Assembly: GCA_965232515.1 (NCBI GenBank)
Contig: CBDDPY010000002.1
Coordinates: 6,496,001 to 6,560,000, forward strand
DNA: 64,000 nucleotides
Direction: 5' to 3'
Source of the DNA: Alphaproteobacteria bacterium
GTDB lineage: Bacteria; Pseudomonadota; Alphaproteobacteria; GCA-2731375
This document shows, in pieces, positions 26,451-37,079 of the stretch. Every line of letters starts with the position of its first letter. The first letter of the stretch is position 1. A program made the position numbers and the translations under genes. Under the pieces are notes generated by a model, which saw nothing but the letters and a program-made list of their open reading frames with translations, did not search any database and was not told the DNA's origin.

Positions 26451-27737
26451 ATGTCGCTCACCTTCTTCTGGTTGCTGCTCGTCCTGATGGCGGTCGGCGT
26501 GCCGATCGTCTTTGCCATGGTGCTGGCGCCGGGCATCAGCCTGCTGATCGACGGCAAGCCGCAATTCTTCACCCTGCTGTTGACCCGCATGTACAACGGC
26601 ATCGACAGCTTTCCGCTGATGGCGATTCCGTTCTTCATCCTCGCCGGCGAGATGATGAACCGCGGCGGCATTACGGTCAGCCTGGTGCGGTTCTCGCAAT
26701 CCGTCATCGGCCATGTGCGCGGCGGCCTGGCCCAGGTCAACATCCTGTCGAGCATGCTGTTCGCGGGCTTGAGCGGCTCGGCCGTCGCCGATACCTCGGC
26801 GCTCGGCTCGATGCTGATCCCGGCGATGGAGAAGAACGGCTACACCCGCCGTTTCGCCGCGGCGGTCACCGCGGCCTCGTCGGTGATCGGCCCGATCATT
26901 CCGCCGAGCGGCATCATGATCATCTATGCCTTCATCATGAACGTCTCGGTGGCCGGCCTGTTCGCCGCCGGCATCGTGCCCGGCCTGATGGTCGGCATCG
27001 GCCTGATGCTCATGACGTCCTATCTGGCGAAGCGGCGCAACTATCCGGTGGCGAGCGAACGCGCGTCGTTCGGCGATATGGGCCGGGCATTCAAGGGCGC
27101 GTTCCTGCCGCTGCTGACGCCGCTGATCCTGCTGGGCGGCATCCTGTCCGGCGCCTTCACGCCGACCGAGGCCGCCGCCGTCGCCGCGGGCTATGCCATC
27201 GTGCTCAGCCTGTTCGTGCTGCGCACGCTGACGTTTCGCGACATGCCCGGCGTGCTGTTCAACGCGGCGCTGTCCTCGGGCGTGATCCTGCTGCTGGTCG
27301 CCGCCGCCGTCGCCTTCGCCTCGCTGGTCTCGCTGTCGGGCGCCGCCGGCAAGCTGACGGGCTTCGTGCTGTCGCTCAGCGAGAACCCGTATCTCCTGTT
27401 GTTCTGCGTCAACATCCTGCTGTTCTTCGTCGGCATGTTCCTCGACGCCGGCCCGGCGATCCTGATCCTGGGGCCAATTCTAGGTCCGACCTTCACCGGC
27501 ATGGGCGTCGAGCCGCTGCATTTCGCCATCATCATGTGCGTCAACGTCACCGTCGGGCTGGCGACGCCGCCCATGGGCCTCGTGCTGTTCGTCGCGGCGA
27601 GCATCTCGGGCGAGCCGGTCGAGAAGATCGCGCTCGAGATGCTGCCGTTTCTGCTGATCGAAGTGATCGTGATTTTCCTGATAACCTTTGTGCCGGAGCT
27701 GTCCATGACCGTGCCAAGACTGCTCGGTTTTGCCTGA
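26451..27737 (+). CDS. dctM: TRAP transporter large permease
   Basis: AIPFFILAG, SGSAVAD, IIPPS, TPTEA and TPPMG motifs. Confidence 0.95.
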   Translation: MSLTFFWLLLVLMAVGVPIVFAMVLAPGISLLIDGKPQFFTLLLTRMYNGIDSFPLMAIPFFILAGEMMNRGGITVSLVRFSQSVIGHVRGGLAQVNILSSMLFAGLSGSAVADTSALGSMLIPAMEKNGYTRRFAAAVTAASSVIGPIIPPSGIMIIYAFIMNVSVAGLFAAGIVPGLMVGIGLMLMTSYLAKRRNYPVASERASFGDMGRAFKGAFLPLLTPLILLGGILSGAFTPTEAAAVAAGYAIVLSLFVLRTLTFRDMPGVLFNAALSSGVILLLVAAAVAFASLVSLSGAAGKLTGFVLSLSENPYLLLFCVNILLFFVGMFLDAGPAILILGPILGPTFTGMGVEPLHFAIIMCVNVTVGLATPPMGLVLFVAASISGEPVEKIALEMLPFLLIEVIVIFLITFVPELSMTVPRLLGFA

Positions 27738-27796
27738 TCCGTTGTTCCCCTGGCGTAGGCGTTTGCGTGCAATCGACTAACGGGAGGAAGCAAGAC

Positions 27797-28849
27797 ATGA
27801 CACCTCGACAATTCGGGAAATTCGTCGCCGGCGGCGTGCTGGCCCTGGGCCTGGCGGTGGGCAGCGTCGCGAATGCCGCCGATTACACCCTGAAGATCGC
27901 GTTCATGGGCAGCCAGGAGGACGAGGACTTCGACGGCTCCATGGTCTTCAAGGACTTCGTCGAAGCGCATTCCAACGGCCGCATCGCGGTCGAGATCTAT
28001 CCCAGCGCCCAGCTCTGCGCCAACTTCCGCGAGTGCCTGGAGGGCGTGCAGAGCGGCGTCATCGAGATCAGCATCACCACCATCGGCGGCTTCGGCCAGG
28101 CCTTTCCGGAAGGCCAGGTGCTGGACCTGCCCTACATCTTCCGCGACGACCGGGTCGCCGAATGCGTCTTCGACGGGCCCTATGTCAGCGAGCTGCGCGA
28201 CGGCGTGCTGGCGAAGCTGCCCAACCTGCGCCTGATGGCGATCGGCAATACCGGCGGCTGGCGCAACTTCATGACCACGGGCAAGCAGATCAAGTCGCCC
28301 AGCGACGTGGCGGGCCTGAAGATCCGCACCATCCCGGCCGAGATCCAGATCGAGCTGGTCAAGCTCATGGGCGGCAACCCGACGCCGATCGCCTGGCCCG
28401 AGGTCTATACCTCGCTCGCCACCGGCGTTGCCGAGGGCACCAAGAACGGCATCACCGACATCGTCAACATGAAGTTCCACGAGCATCTGCGCTATGCCAC
28501 GCTCGACGGCCACGCCTACATGGCGGCGCTCTGGTGGATGAACAACGACCTCTTCATGGCGATGCCGTTCGAGATGCGCCGCGTCGTGCATGACGGCTTC
28601 CAGCACCTCAAGACCGTAACGCGGGCCTTCCCCATGCGCCGCTCGATCGACGCTTACGACGCCTTCAAGAAGGCTGGCGGCGCGATCTACGTGCCGAACC
28701 CCGAGGAGAAAATGGAATTCCAGGCGGCGGCCAAGCCGATGCGCGACTGGTTCGTGGCGCAGTACGGCGATACCTGGCTGAACAAGACGCTGGCCGCCGT
28801 CGAGACCTGCGAGACCAAGATCGACGCTGAGTACGCCGAGTTCAAGTAG
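27797..28849 (+). CDS. dctP: TRAP transporter substrate-binding protein
   Basis: Signal peptide; GLKIRT; EVYTSLATGV; GGAGG RBS. Confidence 0.92.
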   Translation: MTPRQFGKFVAGGVLALGLAVGSVANAADYTLKIAFMGSQEDEDFDGSMVFKDFVEAHSNGRIAVEIYPSAQLCANFRECLEGVQSGVIEISITTIGGFGQAFPEGQVLDLPYIFRDDRVAECVFDGPYVSELRDGVLAKLPNLRLMAIGNTGGWRNFMTTGKQIKSPSDVAGLKIRTIPAEIQIELVKLMGGNPTPIAWPEVYTSLATGVAEGTKNGITDIVNMKFHEHLRYATLDGHAYMAALWWMNNDLFMAMPFEMRRVVHDGFQHLKTVTRAFPMRRSIDAYDAFKKAGGAIYVPNPEEKMEFQAAAKPMRDWFVAQYGDTWLNKTLAAVETCETKIDAEYAEFK

Positions 28850-28869
28850 CCGCTCGGGGACGTCCGCCG

Positions 28870-29961
28870 TCAGTCGGTGTGCAGGCAGGCGTCGCCGGTG
28901 CGCCAGGCGAGGTGAAGCGGCTGGCCTGCCGCGAAGGCGGGCCGCTCGCCGTGCGACAGGTCCTGGACCACGACCTCGGTGTCGTTCGGCAGTTGCAGGC
29001 GGTGGGCGGTCGTCAGGCCCAGATAGATCTCCTTGACGTAGCGCGCCGGCATGCTCTGCCAGTCGCCGCCGGCGGGCGCGGCGTCGTGCAGCGTCAGCAG
29101 CTCCGAGCGGATCGAGACCGCGACGGGCGCGCCTGTCTGTAGGTCCGACTGGTCGGCCTGCACGTCGACGCCCGCGAAACCAAGATCGACGGTGGCGCGG
29201 CTGCCGTTCGTCGCGGTGACCCTGCCATCGAAGATGTTGGTTTCGCCGACGAAGTCCGCCGTGAAGCGCTTGCGTGGCCGCTGGTAGATCTCACGCGGGC
29301 TGCCTTCCTCGACCAGCTTACCGTCGGCGATGAGCGCAATGCGGTCGGCCACCGTCATCGCCTCTTCCTGGTTGTGGGTGACGTGAATGAAGGTGATGCC
29401 GACCTGTTCCTGGATGCGCTTCAGCTCCAGGCACATGTCCTTCCTTAGCTTGGCGTCGAGCGCGGCCAGCGGCTCGTCCAGCAGCAGGATGTCGGCCTCC
29501 AGCACCAGTGCCCGGGCAAGCTGCACCCGCTGTTGCTGACCGCCCGACAGCTCGTGCGGCATGCGGCCGGCCAGACCCTCGAGGCCGACGAGCGCCAGCA
29601 TGTCGCCGACCTGCCGTTCGATCTCCTCGCGCGGCAGCTTGCGCAGGCGTAGGCCGTAGCCGACGTTCCGTTCCACGGTCATATGCGGGAACAGGGCGTA
29701 ACTCTGGAACACCATGGCCGTCGGCCGCAGGTTCGGCGGCAGGTCGCTGACGTCGTGCCCGTGCAACAGCACACGCCCGTCGCTCGGCCGCACGAAGCCG
29801 CCGATCAGCCGCAGCAGCGTGGTCTTGCCGCCGCCGCTCGGCCCCAGCAGCACGAAATACTGGCCGCTGTCGATGCGAACGTCGACGGCATCCAACGCCG
29901 TCACCGCGCCGTATCGTTTCGTCAGTCCCAGCGTTTCAACCGCGATGTCCTGCTCCGTCAT
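28870..29961 (-). CDS. ABC transporter ATP-binding protein (PotA-like)
   Basis: GPSGGGKT, LSGGQQQR, LLLDEP; TOBE-like C-terminus. Confidence 0.95.
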   Translation of the reverse strand: MTEQDIAVETLGLTKRYGAVTALDAVDVRIDSGQYFVLLGPSGGGKTTLLRLIGGFVRPSDGRVLLHGHDVSDLPPNLRPTAMVFQSYALFPHMTVERNVGYGLRLRKLPREEIERQVGDMLALVGLEGLAGRMPHELSGGQQQRVQLARALVLEADILLLDEPLAALDAKLRKDMCLELKRIQEQVGITFIHVTHNQEEAMTVADRIALIADGKLVEEGSPREIYQRPRKRFTADFVGETNIFDGRVTATNGSRATVDLGFAGVDVQADQSDLQTGAPVAVSIRSELLTLHDAAPAGGDWQSMPARYVKEIYLGLTTAHRLQLPNDTEVVVQDLSHGERPAFAAGQPLHLAWRTGDACLHTD

Positions 29962-29970
29962 GGCGTCCCC

Positions 29971-30861
29971 TCAGGCCGACATCTGCGGTTCGGCCCGGGC
30001 GCGGGCCTGGCGTTCGCGCCGCTCGGCCGCGGCCAGCGAATAGATCAGCACGCCGCCGATCACCGTCATCGACACCATGCTCATCATCCCGGCCATGGCG
30101 TAGGACTCGCCCGACATACCGATATTCAGCATCTGCGAGACCAGCACGTTGGAGAAGGTATCGAACCCGCCCTTCAGCAGCGCCGTGCGCACGGTCTCGT
30201 TGAAGGTCAGGATGGTCGTGAAGGCACAGGCGCTGAGCACGCCGGGGCGGATCTGCGGGAACTCGACATGCCAGAAGGCCTGCCAGGCCGTGGCGCCGCA
30301 GTTGCGCGCGGCCTCGGTCTGCTGCTCGCGATAGCGCGACATGGTGATCAGGATGACGATGAAGACATAGGGGAGCGTGTAGATCACCAGGCCGATCACC
30401 GCCGTCATGAAGCCGAGCTCGAACCAGCCGTAAAGAAACGTCAGGCCCAGTTCGTCGCCCAGCCACTCGCAGATCTGCGCCAGGTTCTTGAAATAGACCA
30501 AGAGCGCCGAGCCCATGATGTCGGCCGGCACGAACAGCGGCGTCAGCATCAGCACCAGGAACGGCACCTTGCGCCGGCTGCGGCGATAGAACTTGGCCGC
30601 CAGCACGCCCATGGGCACGGCGATGGCGACCGTCACCAGCGCCAGATAGGCCGTCCATTCCAGCGACTGCAGCAGGATCGTGTCGCCGGCAACGACGCGG
30701 TACCAGTCGAAGGTGAACTCGTAGATCCGGGCGCCGAAGCCGTGCTCGTTGAACGAGATGACGATCACGTAGAACACCGGGCTCAGCAGCATCGCCACCA
30801 CGCCCAAGAGATAAAGCCACTTCAGCCGGTGCGTCCAATCGCTGGTGAAATCGTCCCGCAT
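29971..30861 (-). CDS. ABC transporter permease (PotC-like)
   Basis: EAARNCGA loop; TM segments. Confidence 0.9.
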   Translation of the reverse strand: MRDDFTSDWTHRLKWLYLLGVVAMLLSPVFYVIVISFNEHGFGARIYEFTFDWYRVVAGDTILLQSLEWTAYLALVTVAIAVPMGVLAAKFYRRSRRKVPFLVLMLTPLFVPADIMGSALLVYFKNLAQICEWLGDELGLTFLYGWFELGFMTAVIGLVIYTLPYVFIVILITMSRYREQQTEAARNCGATAWQAFWHVEFPQIRPGVLSACAFTTILTFNETVRTALLKGGFDTFSNVLVSQMLNIGMSGESYAMAGMMSMVSMTVIGGVLIYSLAAAERRERQARARAEPQMSA

Positions 30862-30863
30862 GG

Positions 30864-31796
30864 CTAGCTGATCGGCCGGATGATCTTGGTCAGGTCGAAC
30901 AGCCGGTGGCCCACATACAGCAGCAGGATCAGCGTCGCCATCATGATGGCGCTGACCGCCATGGCCAGCGGGAAGTCGAGCGCGACGATCGCCTGATTGA
31001 CGATCAGGCCGGCATTCACCGCGCCAGGGCCGCCCAGCACCGTCGGCACCAGGGCGACGCCCAGGCTGTTGACGAAGATGAAGACGCTGCCCGCGAAGAT
31101 ACCGGGCGCGGCCAGCGGCACGATCACGTCCACGAAGGTATGCACCCGCCCGGCGCCGAGGTCGTCGCAGACCTCGAAGATGTATTTCTGCACCGCCTCC
31201 ATGGCGAGGAAGCCCGAGAACACCATGAAGGGCAGGAACGACAGCACGTCGCCAATCACCACGCCCGTGGGCGTGAACAGCAGTACCGAGATCGGCTCGT
31301 CGATCAGGCCGATCTCCATCAGGAAGCTGTTCAGCGGCCCGGTGCGTCCCAGAACCGGCCTGAGCGCGAAGACGCGCACCAGTTCCGAAATCATGAACGG
31401 CAGCACGAACAGCAGGATCACCTGATGCTGCGCCGTCTGCGGCAGGCGGCGGCGGACGAAGACGGCGATTGGAAAGCCGATGGCGAACGAGATCACCACG
31501 GCGATCGCCGAATGGAACATCGAATAGAGGTAGTTCTCGGCCCGGGCTGAAGTGAAGAAGTTCTCATATGCGAACAGCGTGAAGCCGGGCTCCATCCAGA
31601 ACTGCGTGCGCTCGAAGAAGCTCCAGACCACGGTCAGCAGCATGGGCAGCGCGAAGAACAGCAGCATGAAGGCGAGGGGCAGATAGAACGCCAGCTTCTG
31701 CAGCCCCCGCTCGCCGATGAGCGCGCGCAGCCGCGACCCGGCGGCCGGATGTCGCCGGCCGCCGCGGTACGCGTTACGGGTGGTCGTGGTCGACAG
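30864..31796 (-). CDS. ABC transporter permease (PotB-like); start uncertain (CTG 31796 or ATG 31667)
   Basis: EVCDDLGA loop, PLAAPGI and PTVLGG motifs; frame open upstream of ATG 31667. Confidence 0.85.
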   Translation of the reverse strand: MSTTTTRNAYRGGRRHPAAGSRLRALIGERGLQKLAFYLPLAFMLLFFALPMLLTVVWSFFERTQFWMEPGFTLFAYENFFTSARAENYLYSMFHSAIAVVISFAIGFPIAVFVRRRLPQTAQHQVILLFVLPFMISELVRVFALRPVLGRTGPLNSFLMEIGLIDEPISVLLFTPTGVVIGDVLSFLPFMVFSGFLAMEAVQKYIFEVCDDLGAGRVHTFVDVIVPLAAPGIFAGSVFIFVNSLGVALVPTVLGGPGAVNAGLIVNQAIVALDFPLAMAVSAIMMATLILLLYVGHRLFDLTKIIRPIS

Positions 31797-31808
31797 TGGG
31801 CCGGTCCC

Positions 31809-32990
31809 TCAGGCCGCCTGCAGCCGGGCCCACCAGTCCTGATAGGCGCGGATGTTCGTCGGGAACACGTTCTGCCAGGCGTTGCCCTTGACGGCATAAC
31901 GCTTGTTCTTGTTCGCCAGGCGCTGGGCCAGCACGTCGCGCGTGCCGGCATCGAACGTGTCGGGGTTCGCCGCCATATAGGCGTCGACGCCCTGCATCTG
32001 CGGCGCGAAGCCGAAGGTCTTCAGCGTCAGCGCGCCGAACCACGGCGACAGATAGACGTTGGCGAGCTTGTAGAACGCCTCGTCCATGCCGCGCCGGCGG
32101 CCGCCCTTGCTCAGCATCATGACGTTGTTCCAGGTCTGGTGACCCTCCTTCATGGTGCCGTAGCGGATATCGGCCTTGTCGCCGGTCTTGGCGTTGGCGA
32201 CCAGCGCCACCGGCTCCCAGCAGGACGCCATCAGCACCTCGCCGCTGGCCAGAATGCCGACGCCGTTCTGGAAGCCGTCCCAGAAGGTGCGGAACTGGCC
32301 CTTCTTCTTGTGGTCGATCAGGAACTGGCAGACCGCCTTGACCTCGGCCTCGGACATGTCCGAGGGATCTGATATCTCGACCTTGCCGCTTTCCTTCAGG
32401 TAAATCGCGGTCACGGTCAGCGTCGGCCCGAAATCGTTCTGCAACGCCACCCGGCCCTTGAACTGGGAATCGAACAGCACGCCCCAGCTATCGGGCTCGA
32501 AGCCCAGCGTCTTGTGATCGTAGGCCAGCGAATCGGCGTTCGAAATGAACGGCACGGCATAGACGTCGCCGTCATGGCGGATGGTGTCCGCCGCCGCCCC
32601 GCCCTCGGCATAGACCGGCAGGATGTTCTTGAAGTTCGGAATCTTGGCGGTGTCCAGCGGCACGATCGCTTTCTGCGAGGCGAGCGCGTCCTCCATGCCG
32701 CCGCCATTGTCGGTCAGCGCGTCGAACAGCTTGTTGCCGTCGCCGACGACCATCTTCTGGATCGCCTCGTCGGCCCGCGCGCTCTTTGCTGTGACGGCGA
32801 GCGACAGGCCCGACTGCTGTTCCATGGCGGTCCAGTCCTTGGCGCCGACCTTGGCGATCGCCGAGGCCCAGACCTTCAGCGCGTGGCCGTCGGCCAGCGA
32901 CAGTCCCGGCACCATGCCGGTGGCGGCCGCCGCGCCCATGGCGGCGGTGCCGTGCAGAAACGCACGGCGGCTGAATTCGAGCTGGTTCAT
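31809..32990 (-). CDS. ABC substrate-binding protein (PotD/F-like), Tat-exported
   Basis: SRRAFL twin-arginine signal; PDSWGVLFD motif. Confidence 0.9.
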   Translation of the reverse strand: MNQLEFSRRAFLHGTAAMGAAAATGMVPGLSLADGHALKVWASAIAKVGAKDWTAMEQQSGLSLAVTAKSARADEAIQKMVVGDGNKLFDALTDNGGGMEDALASQKAIVPLDTAKIPNFKNILPVYAEGGAAADTIRHDGDVYAVPFISNADSLAYDHKTLGFEPDSWGVLFDSQFKGRVALQNDFGPTLTVTAIYLKESGKVEISDPSDMSEAEVKAVCQFLIDHKKKGQFRTFWDGFQNGVGILASGEVLMASCWEPVALVANAKTGDKADIRYGTMKEGHQTWNNVMMLSKGGRRRGMDEAFYKLANVYLSPWFGALTLKTFGFAPQMQGVDAYMAANPDTFDAGTRDVLAQRLANKNKRYAVKGNAWQNVFPTNIRAYQDWWARLQAA

Positions 32991-33041
32991 GTCCCCACTC
33001 CCTGTTGTTCTTTTCGGATATCCCCTGGGTCTTATCTTAGC

Positions 33042-33914
33042 TCATTCCGCCGGCTGCTGCGCCGTGAACCAGTCGGCGATTTGGCCGCCGGTCATGAACA
33101 CGGTGTCGTCGCGTGCCTGCAAGGCGTCGATGACCTGCCGCAGATAGCCGATCCGGTGCGGCACGGCGATCAAATGCGGGTGTAGGGCCAGCGTCAGCAT
33201 GCGCGGATTCTCCGCCAGCTCCGGCTCGAAGGCGGCAATGGTGTCCATCGCGCGCCGGTGCATCTCAGGCGAGGCGTGCCGCTCGACCGCGTAGATCACG
33301 CTGTCGTTCACCTCCAGCGTATAGGGCATGGACAGCAGCGGCCCGTGTTTGGTCGTGATCCAGCAGGGCAGGTCGTCCAGCACCCAGTCGAAGACGAAGT
33401 CGATGCCGGCCGCCTTCAGCAGATCCGGCGTGTCCAGGGTCTCGCGCAGGCCCGGCCCCAGCCAGCCGCGCACCGGCTGGCCGCTGAAGCCGCGCAGCTT
33501 CTCCAGCGCCAGCGCGATCAGCCCGGCCTCGTCCTCGGCCGCGTCGATGCCGCGCTGGTGGATGCCGTGGCCGACAAACTCCCAGCCTGCCTCCAGCATC
33601 GCCTCGGCGCAGGCCGGATAGGCGTCGACGACGCCGGCGTTGATGCTGGTGCTGGCCTGCAGTCCGCGCCCCGCGATCAGGTCCAGCAGCCGCGGCATGC
33701 CGCAGCGCATGCCATATTCGGCCCAAGCGAAGTTCGGCACATCTGGCACGCTGCCGCGCCCATGCGGCGGCGTCAGGATCGTCCGCGGCATCGGTTGATC
33801 GAACTGCCAGTGCTCGACATTGACCACCACATGCACGATCAACGGCTTGCCGCCGGGCGGCTCAAGGCGCGGCCGCGCGCTCGACATCTGATAGGGAATA
33901 CGCGGGTTCGACAT
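33042..33914 (-). CDS. Polysaccharide deacetylase family protein (PuuE-like)
   Basis: EYGMRCG, WEFVGHG, GWLGPG, DDLP and LHPH motifs. Confidence 0.9.
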   Translation of the reverse strand: MSNPRIPYQMSSARPRLEPPGGKPLIVHVVVNVEHWQFDQPMPRTILTPPHGRGSVPDVPNFAWAEYGMRCGMPRLLDLIAGRGLQASTSINAGVVDAYPACAEAMLEAGWEFVGHGIHQRGIDAAEDEAGLIALALEKLRGFSGQPVRGWLGPGLRETLDTPDLLKAAGIDFVFDWVLDDLPCWITTKHGPLLSMPYTLEVNDSVIYAVERHASPEMHRRAMDTIAAFEPELAENPRMLTLALHPHLIAVPHRIGYLRQVIDALQARDDTVFMTGGQIADWFTAQQPAE

Positions 33915-33979
33915 GGACGGGCTCGCGGCGGTGAAATACCGCCAGAGCTTAACGCTTCACCGCGCCGCCGCAAGTCGTG

Positions 33980-34906
33980 TCAGGCCTTGAGGTCCTCGAT
34001 GTACCGCTTCGCCTCTGTCGTGCTGAAGCCGTAGAGGCCCTTGGCGACGATCACGGCGTCGATCAAGTTGCCCTGCTGCACCATGTCCAGCAGGCGCGAC
34101 TCCTGCGCCTCGCGGTCGAGCGTCTTGGCCTGCGGCTGCTCGGTCTCCAGCGTCGGGGCCGTGCCGTAGTCTGTCGCTAGGTAGGCGAGGGTGGCTGCCA
34201 GGTTGGGCCGCAACCGCGTACCCTTGGTGTGCCAGTCGATGCGCAGGATGCCGTTGGAACGGACGCTGACAGGTGCGCCCTTGCCCTTCTGCGTCACGCC
34301 CTTGATCGGCGTCGGCACCCAGAGCCGCCGCTCGTTGCTGAGCGTCGCCTTCACCGCCGACAGGTCGTCGTCATGCAGTTGGATTTCGAGGTAGCCTTGC
34401 CGGACCAGCGTGTCGTCTTCGTGGCCGACGGTGTCGCCGCTCCGGCCGACATGGCGGGCCTTCTCGTCGTGGGCGCGGATCCAGCGCACCTCGCGCTTCG
34501 GGATGCGCAGGACGATGGCATCGCCGCGCGGCAGACGGTGGTCGGCGAAGTTGCGCAGCTTGACGTCGAGGCCGTGCGGACCGGCCCGCAGCACCCAGTT
34601 GCTCGGCTTCAGCGCGGCGAGAAAGCTGCCGAAGAATGCCAGGCCGCCGACCGCGCCGACAAGGCTGACGATCAAGCCGATGAAGGCAGCGATGCCGTAG
34701 AGGGCGATTTGAACGATCAGCGGCAGTCCGGACAGCGGCGGGTCCTGAATGGCCTCGTAACCGAGCCAAACCGGCGCCGCGCTCATCGCCAGGAGTATGA
34801 GCGCCACGACAAGACGACCGATCCAGGCCTCGCGCGCCACGAACTCGGCTGTTGTCGCGATGGCCGTATCCTCGCTGAGGAAGGTCGGGTCGGCGTATCT
34901 TCCCAC
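33980..34906 (-). CDS. Hypothetical membrane protein
   Basis: Two TM segments; C-terminus IDAV...LYGFSTTEAKRYIE. Confidence 0.7.
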   Translation of the reverse strand: MGRYADPTFLSEDTAIATTAEFVAREAWIGRLVVALILLAMSAAPVWLGYEAIQDPPLSGLPLIVQIALYGIAAFIGLIVSLVGAVGGLAFFGSFLAALKPSNWVLRAGPHGLDVKLRNFADHRLPRGDAIVLRIPKREVRWIRAHDEKARHVGRSGDTVGHEDDTLVRQGYLEIQLHDDDLSAVKATLSNERRLWVPTPIKGVTQKGKGAPVSVRSNGILRIDWHTKGTRLRPNLAATLAYLATDYGTAPTLETEQPQAKTLDREAQESRLLDMVQQGNLIDAVIVAKGLYGFSTTEAKRYIEDLKA

Positions 34907-35083
34907 GGGCCTGTCCGAAGGGAGTGGCGGGAGGCATAAGCTCTAGCCGGCCGGCCTTAGCATTTCCTTACGTCGGGAAGGTGCGATCGAGGCATTGCGC
35001 CGCGACCGCATTCGGGCCGACAATCGGCGCATGTGCGGGGTCGTGTACAGGGGGGCAGGGGTCGTGGTCGGTTTGGGGGGCGG

Positions 35084-35560
35084 ATGACGTCACTTTTGGC
35101 GCGTGTTTTGGGCGTGTTCGTCGCGCTGGCGGCCTTCGCCATGATGCTGGTGACCTGCATCGACGTGGTCGGCCGCTACGTCTTCACGGCGCCCCTGCCG
35201 GGCGCGGTCGAGATCAACGAATTGCTGCTGGGCCTGATGGTGTTCGGGGCGCTGCCGCTGGTCACGGCCGGCCGCGAGCATGTCAGCATCGGCCTCCTGG
35301 ACGGCCTGTTTCGCGGACCGGCGGACAGGGTGCGGCAGATACTGCTCAATCTGGTCTCCGGTGCCGTCATCGGCATCACCGCCTACCGGCTCTGGCTCAA
35401 GGCCGACGAGCTGGCGGCGAACGGCGACACCACGCTTTACCTCAGGATTCCGGCCGCGCCGTTCGGCTATTTCATGAGCCTCGCCGCCGGCGTGACGACA
35501 GTGATCCTGCTGGTCGCCGTCGTCCGCGCGATTGTCCCGACCGGCCAGGGAAGGGGCTGA
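35084..35560 (+). CDS. dctQ: TRAP transporter small permease
   Basis: DVVGRYVF..PLPGAVEI motif. Confidence 0.88.
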   Translation: MTSLLARVLGVFVALAAFAMMLVTCIDVVGRYVFTAPLPGAVEINELLLGLMVFGALPLVTAGREHVSIGLLDGLFRGPADRVRQILLNLVSGAVIGITAYRLWLKADELAANGDTTLYLRIPAAPFGYFMSLAAGVTTVILLVAVVRAIVPTGQGRG

Positions 35561-35564
35561 CGCC

Positions 35565-36857
35565 GTGCTGACCGCGCTGGCGGGGTTCGCCATTCTGTTC
35601 GTGTTGCTGTTCCTCGGCCTGCCGATCGGCTTCGGCATGATGCTGGTCGGCGTCGGCGGTTTCGCCTACCTCGTCGCCTGGGGCCCGGCGTTGGCGCTCT
35701 TGGGCCAGACCGCGTTCGACACCGTGCTGACCTACAGCCTGTCGGTGGTGCCGCTGTTCATTCTGATGGGCAAGCTGATCACCGAGGCCCGCCTGTCGGA
35801 CGAGCTCTACCGGGCCTGCTACGCCTTCCTCGGCCGCTGGCGCGGCGGCCTCGCCATGGCGACCGTCGCGGCCTGCGGCGGCTTCAGCGCGGTCTGTGGC
35901 TCCAGCCTGGCGACGGCGGCGACCATGGCCAAGGTCGCGGTGCCCTCGATGCGGCAATACGGCTATGCCGACAGCCTGGCGGCCGGCTCGATCGCCGCCG
36001 GTGGCACGCTCGGCATTCTCATTCCGCCGTCCGTGATCCTGGTGCTCTACGGCATCATGACCGAGAACGACATCGGCGCGCTGTTCATCGGCGGCATCCT
36101 GCCCGGTCTGCTCGGCATCGGGCTCTACATCCTGGCCGTCGCCACCACGACCGCGTTCAACCCCGAGGCCGGCCCGCCCGGCGAAGACGTCGCCTGGCCC
36201 GAGCGGCTGGCGGCCCTGTCGCGCATCTGGGCGATCATGCTGCTGTTCCTGGTGGTGATCGGCGGGATCTATTTGGGCGTGTTCACGCCGACCGAGGCGG
36301 CGGGCGTCGGCGCCGGCGGCGCCTTCCTGTTCGCGCTCGCCCGCCGGGCGCTGACCTGGCGCATCCTGATCGACGTGCTGGTCGATACGGCCCGCACGAC
36401 GTCAATGCTGTTCATCGTGCTGATCGGCGCGCTGATGTTCTCGAACTTCATCAACGTCGCCGGCTTTCCGGCGGCGCTCTCCGGCTGGCTCGACGCCGCG
36501 GCCTGGCCGCCGCTCGGCGTGCTGTTCGCGATCATGGCGATCTACGTGGTGTTGGGCTGCGTGCTGGAAAGCCTGTCGATGATGCTGCTGACCGTGCCGA
36601 TCTTCTATCCCATCATTGTCGGCCTCGGTTTCGATCCGATCTGGTTCGGCATCCTCGTGGTCGTGGTCATCGAGATCAGCCTGATCACCCCGCCCATCGG
36701 CCTCAACGTCTTCGTCATCAAAGCGGTGCTGCCCGACGTGCCCACCGGCCAGATCTTCCGCGGCGTGGTCCCCTTCATCCTCGCCGACCTCGTCCGCCTG
36801 GCGATCATCATCTTCGTCCCCGGCCTGGTGCTCTTCCTCCCCAGCCTGATGGGCTAG
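35565..36857 (+). CDS. dctM: TRAP transporter large permease
   Basis: VPLFILMG, GSSLATA, LIPPS, TPTEA and TPPIG motifs. Confidence 0.93.
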   Translation: MLTALAGFAILFVLLFLGLPIGFGMMLVGVGGFAYLVAWGPALALLGQTAFDTVLTYSLSVVPLFILMGKLITEARLSDELYRACYAFLGRWRGGLAMATVAACGGFSAVCGSSLATAATMAKVAVPSMRQYGYADSLAAGSIAAGGTLGILIPPSVILVLYGIMTENDIGALFIGGILPGLLGIGLYILAVATTTAFNPEAGPPGEDVAWPERLAALSRIWAIMLLFLVVIGGIYLGVFTPTEAAGVGAGGAFLFALARRALTWRILIDVLVDTARTTSMLFIVLIGALMFSNFINVAGFPAALSGWLDAAAWPPLGVLFAIMAIYVVLGCVLESLSMMLLTVPIFYPIIVGLGFDPIWFGILVVVVIEISLITPPIGLNVFVIKAVLPDVPTGQIFRGVVPFILADLVRLAIIIFVPGLVLFLPSLMG

Positions 36858-36886
36858 CGTGACAGGCGAACAGTCCACTCCCTTTG

Positions 36887-36959
36887 GTCATGCCCGGACT
36901 TGATCCGGGCATCCAGAGCCCCAATGCCCCTGGGTTGCCGGGTCAAGCCCGGCAACGAC
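36887..36959. repeat. REP-like intergenic palindromic element
   Basis: gtcatgcccggacttgatccgggcatcca...gttgccgggtcaagcccggcaacgac double hairpin. Confidence 0.7.
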
Positions 36960-37079
36960 GAAATGGCGAACTGATCGCCAGGCGCGATTAACCATACCGC
37001 CCGCCATCGGCGCTCGCCTGCGGGCCCGGAACCGGCGATAATGCCGGCTCGATCGATACGATGGGGAGTGACAAGGGTC

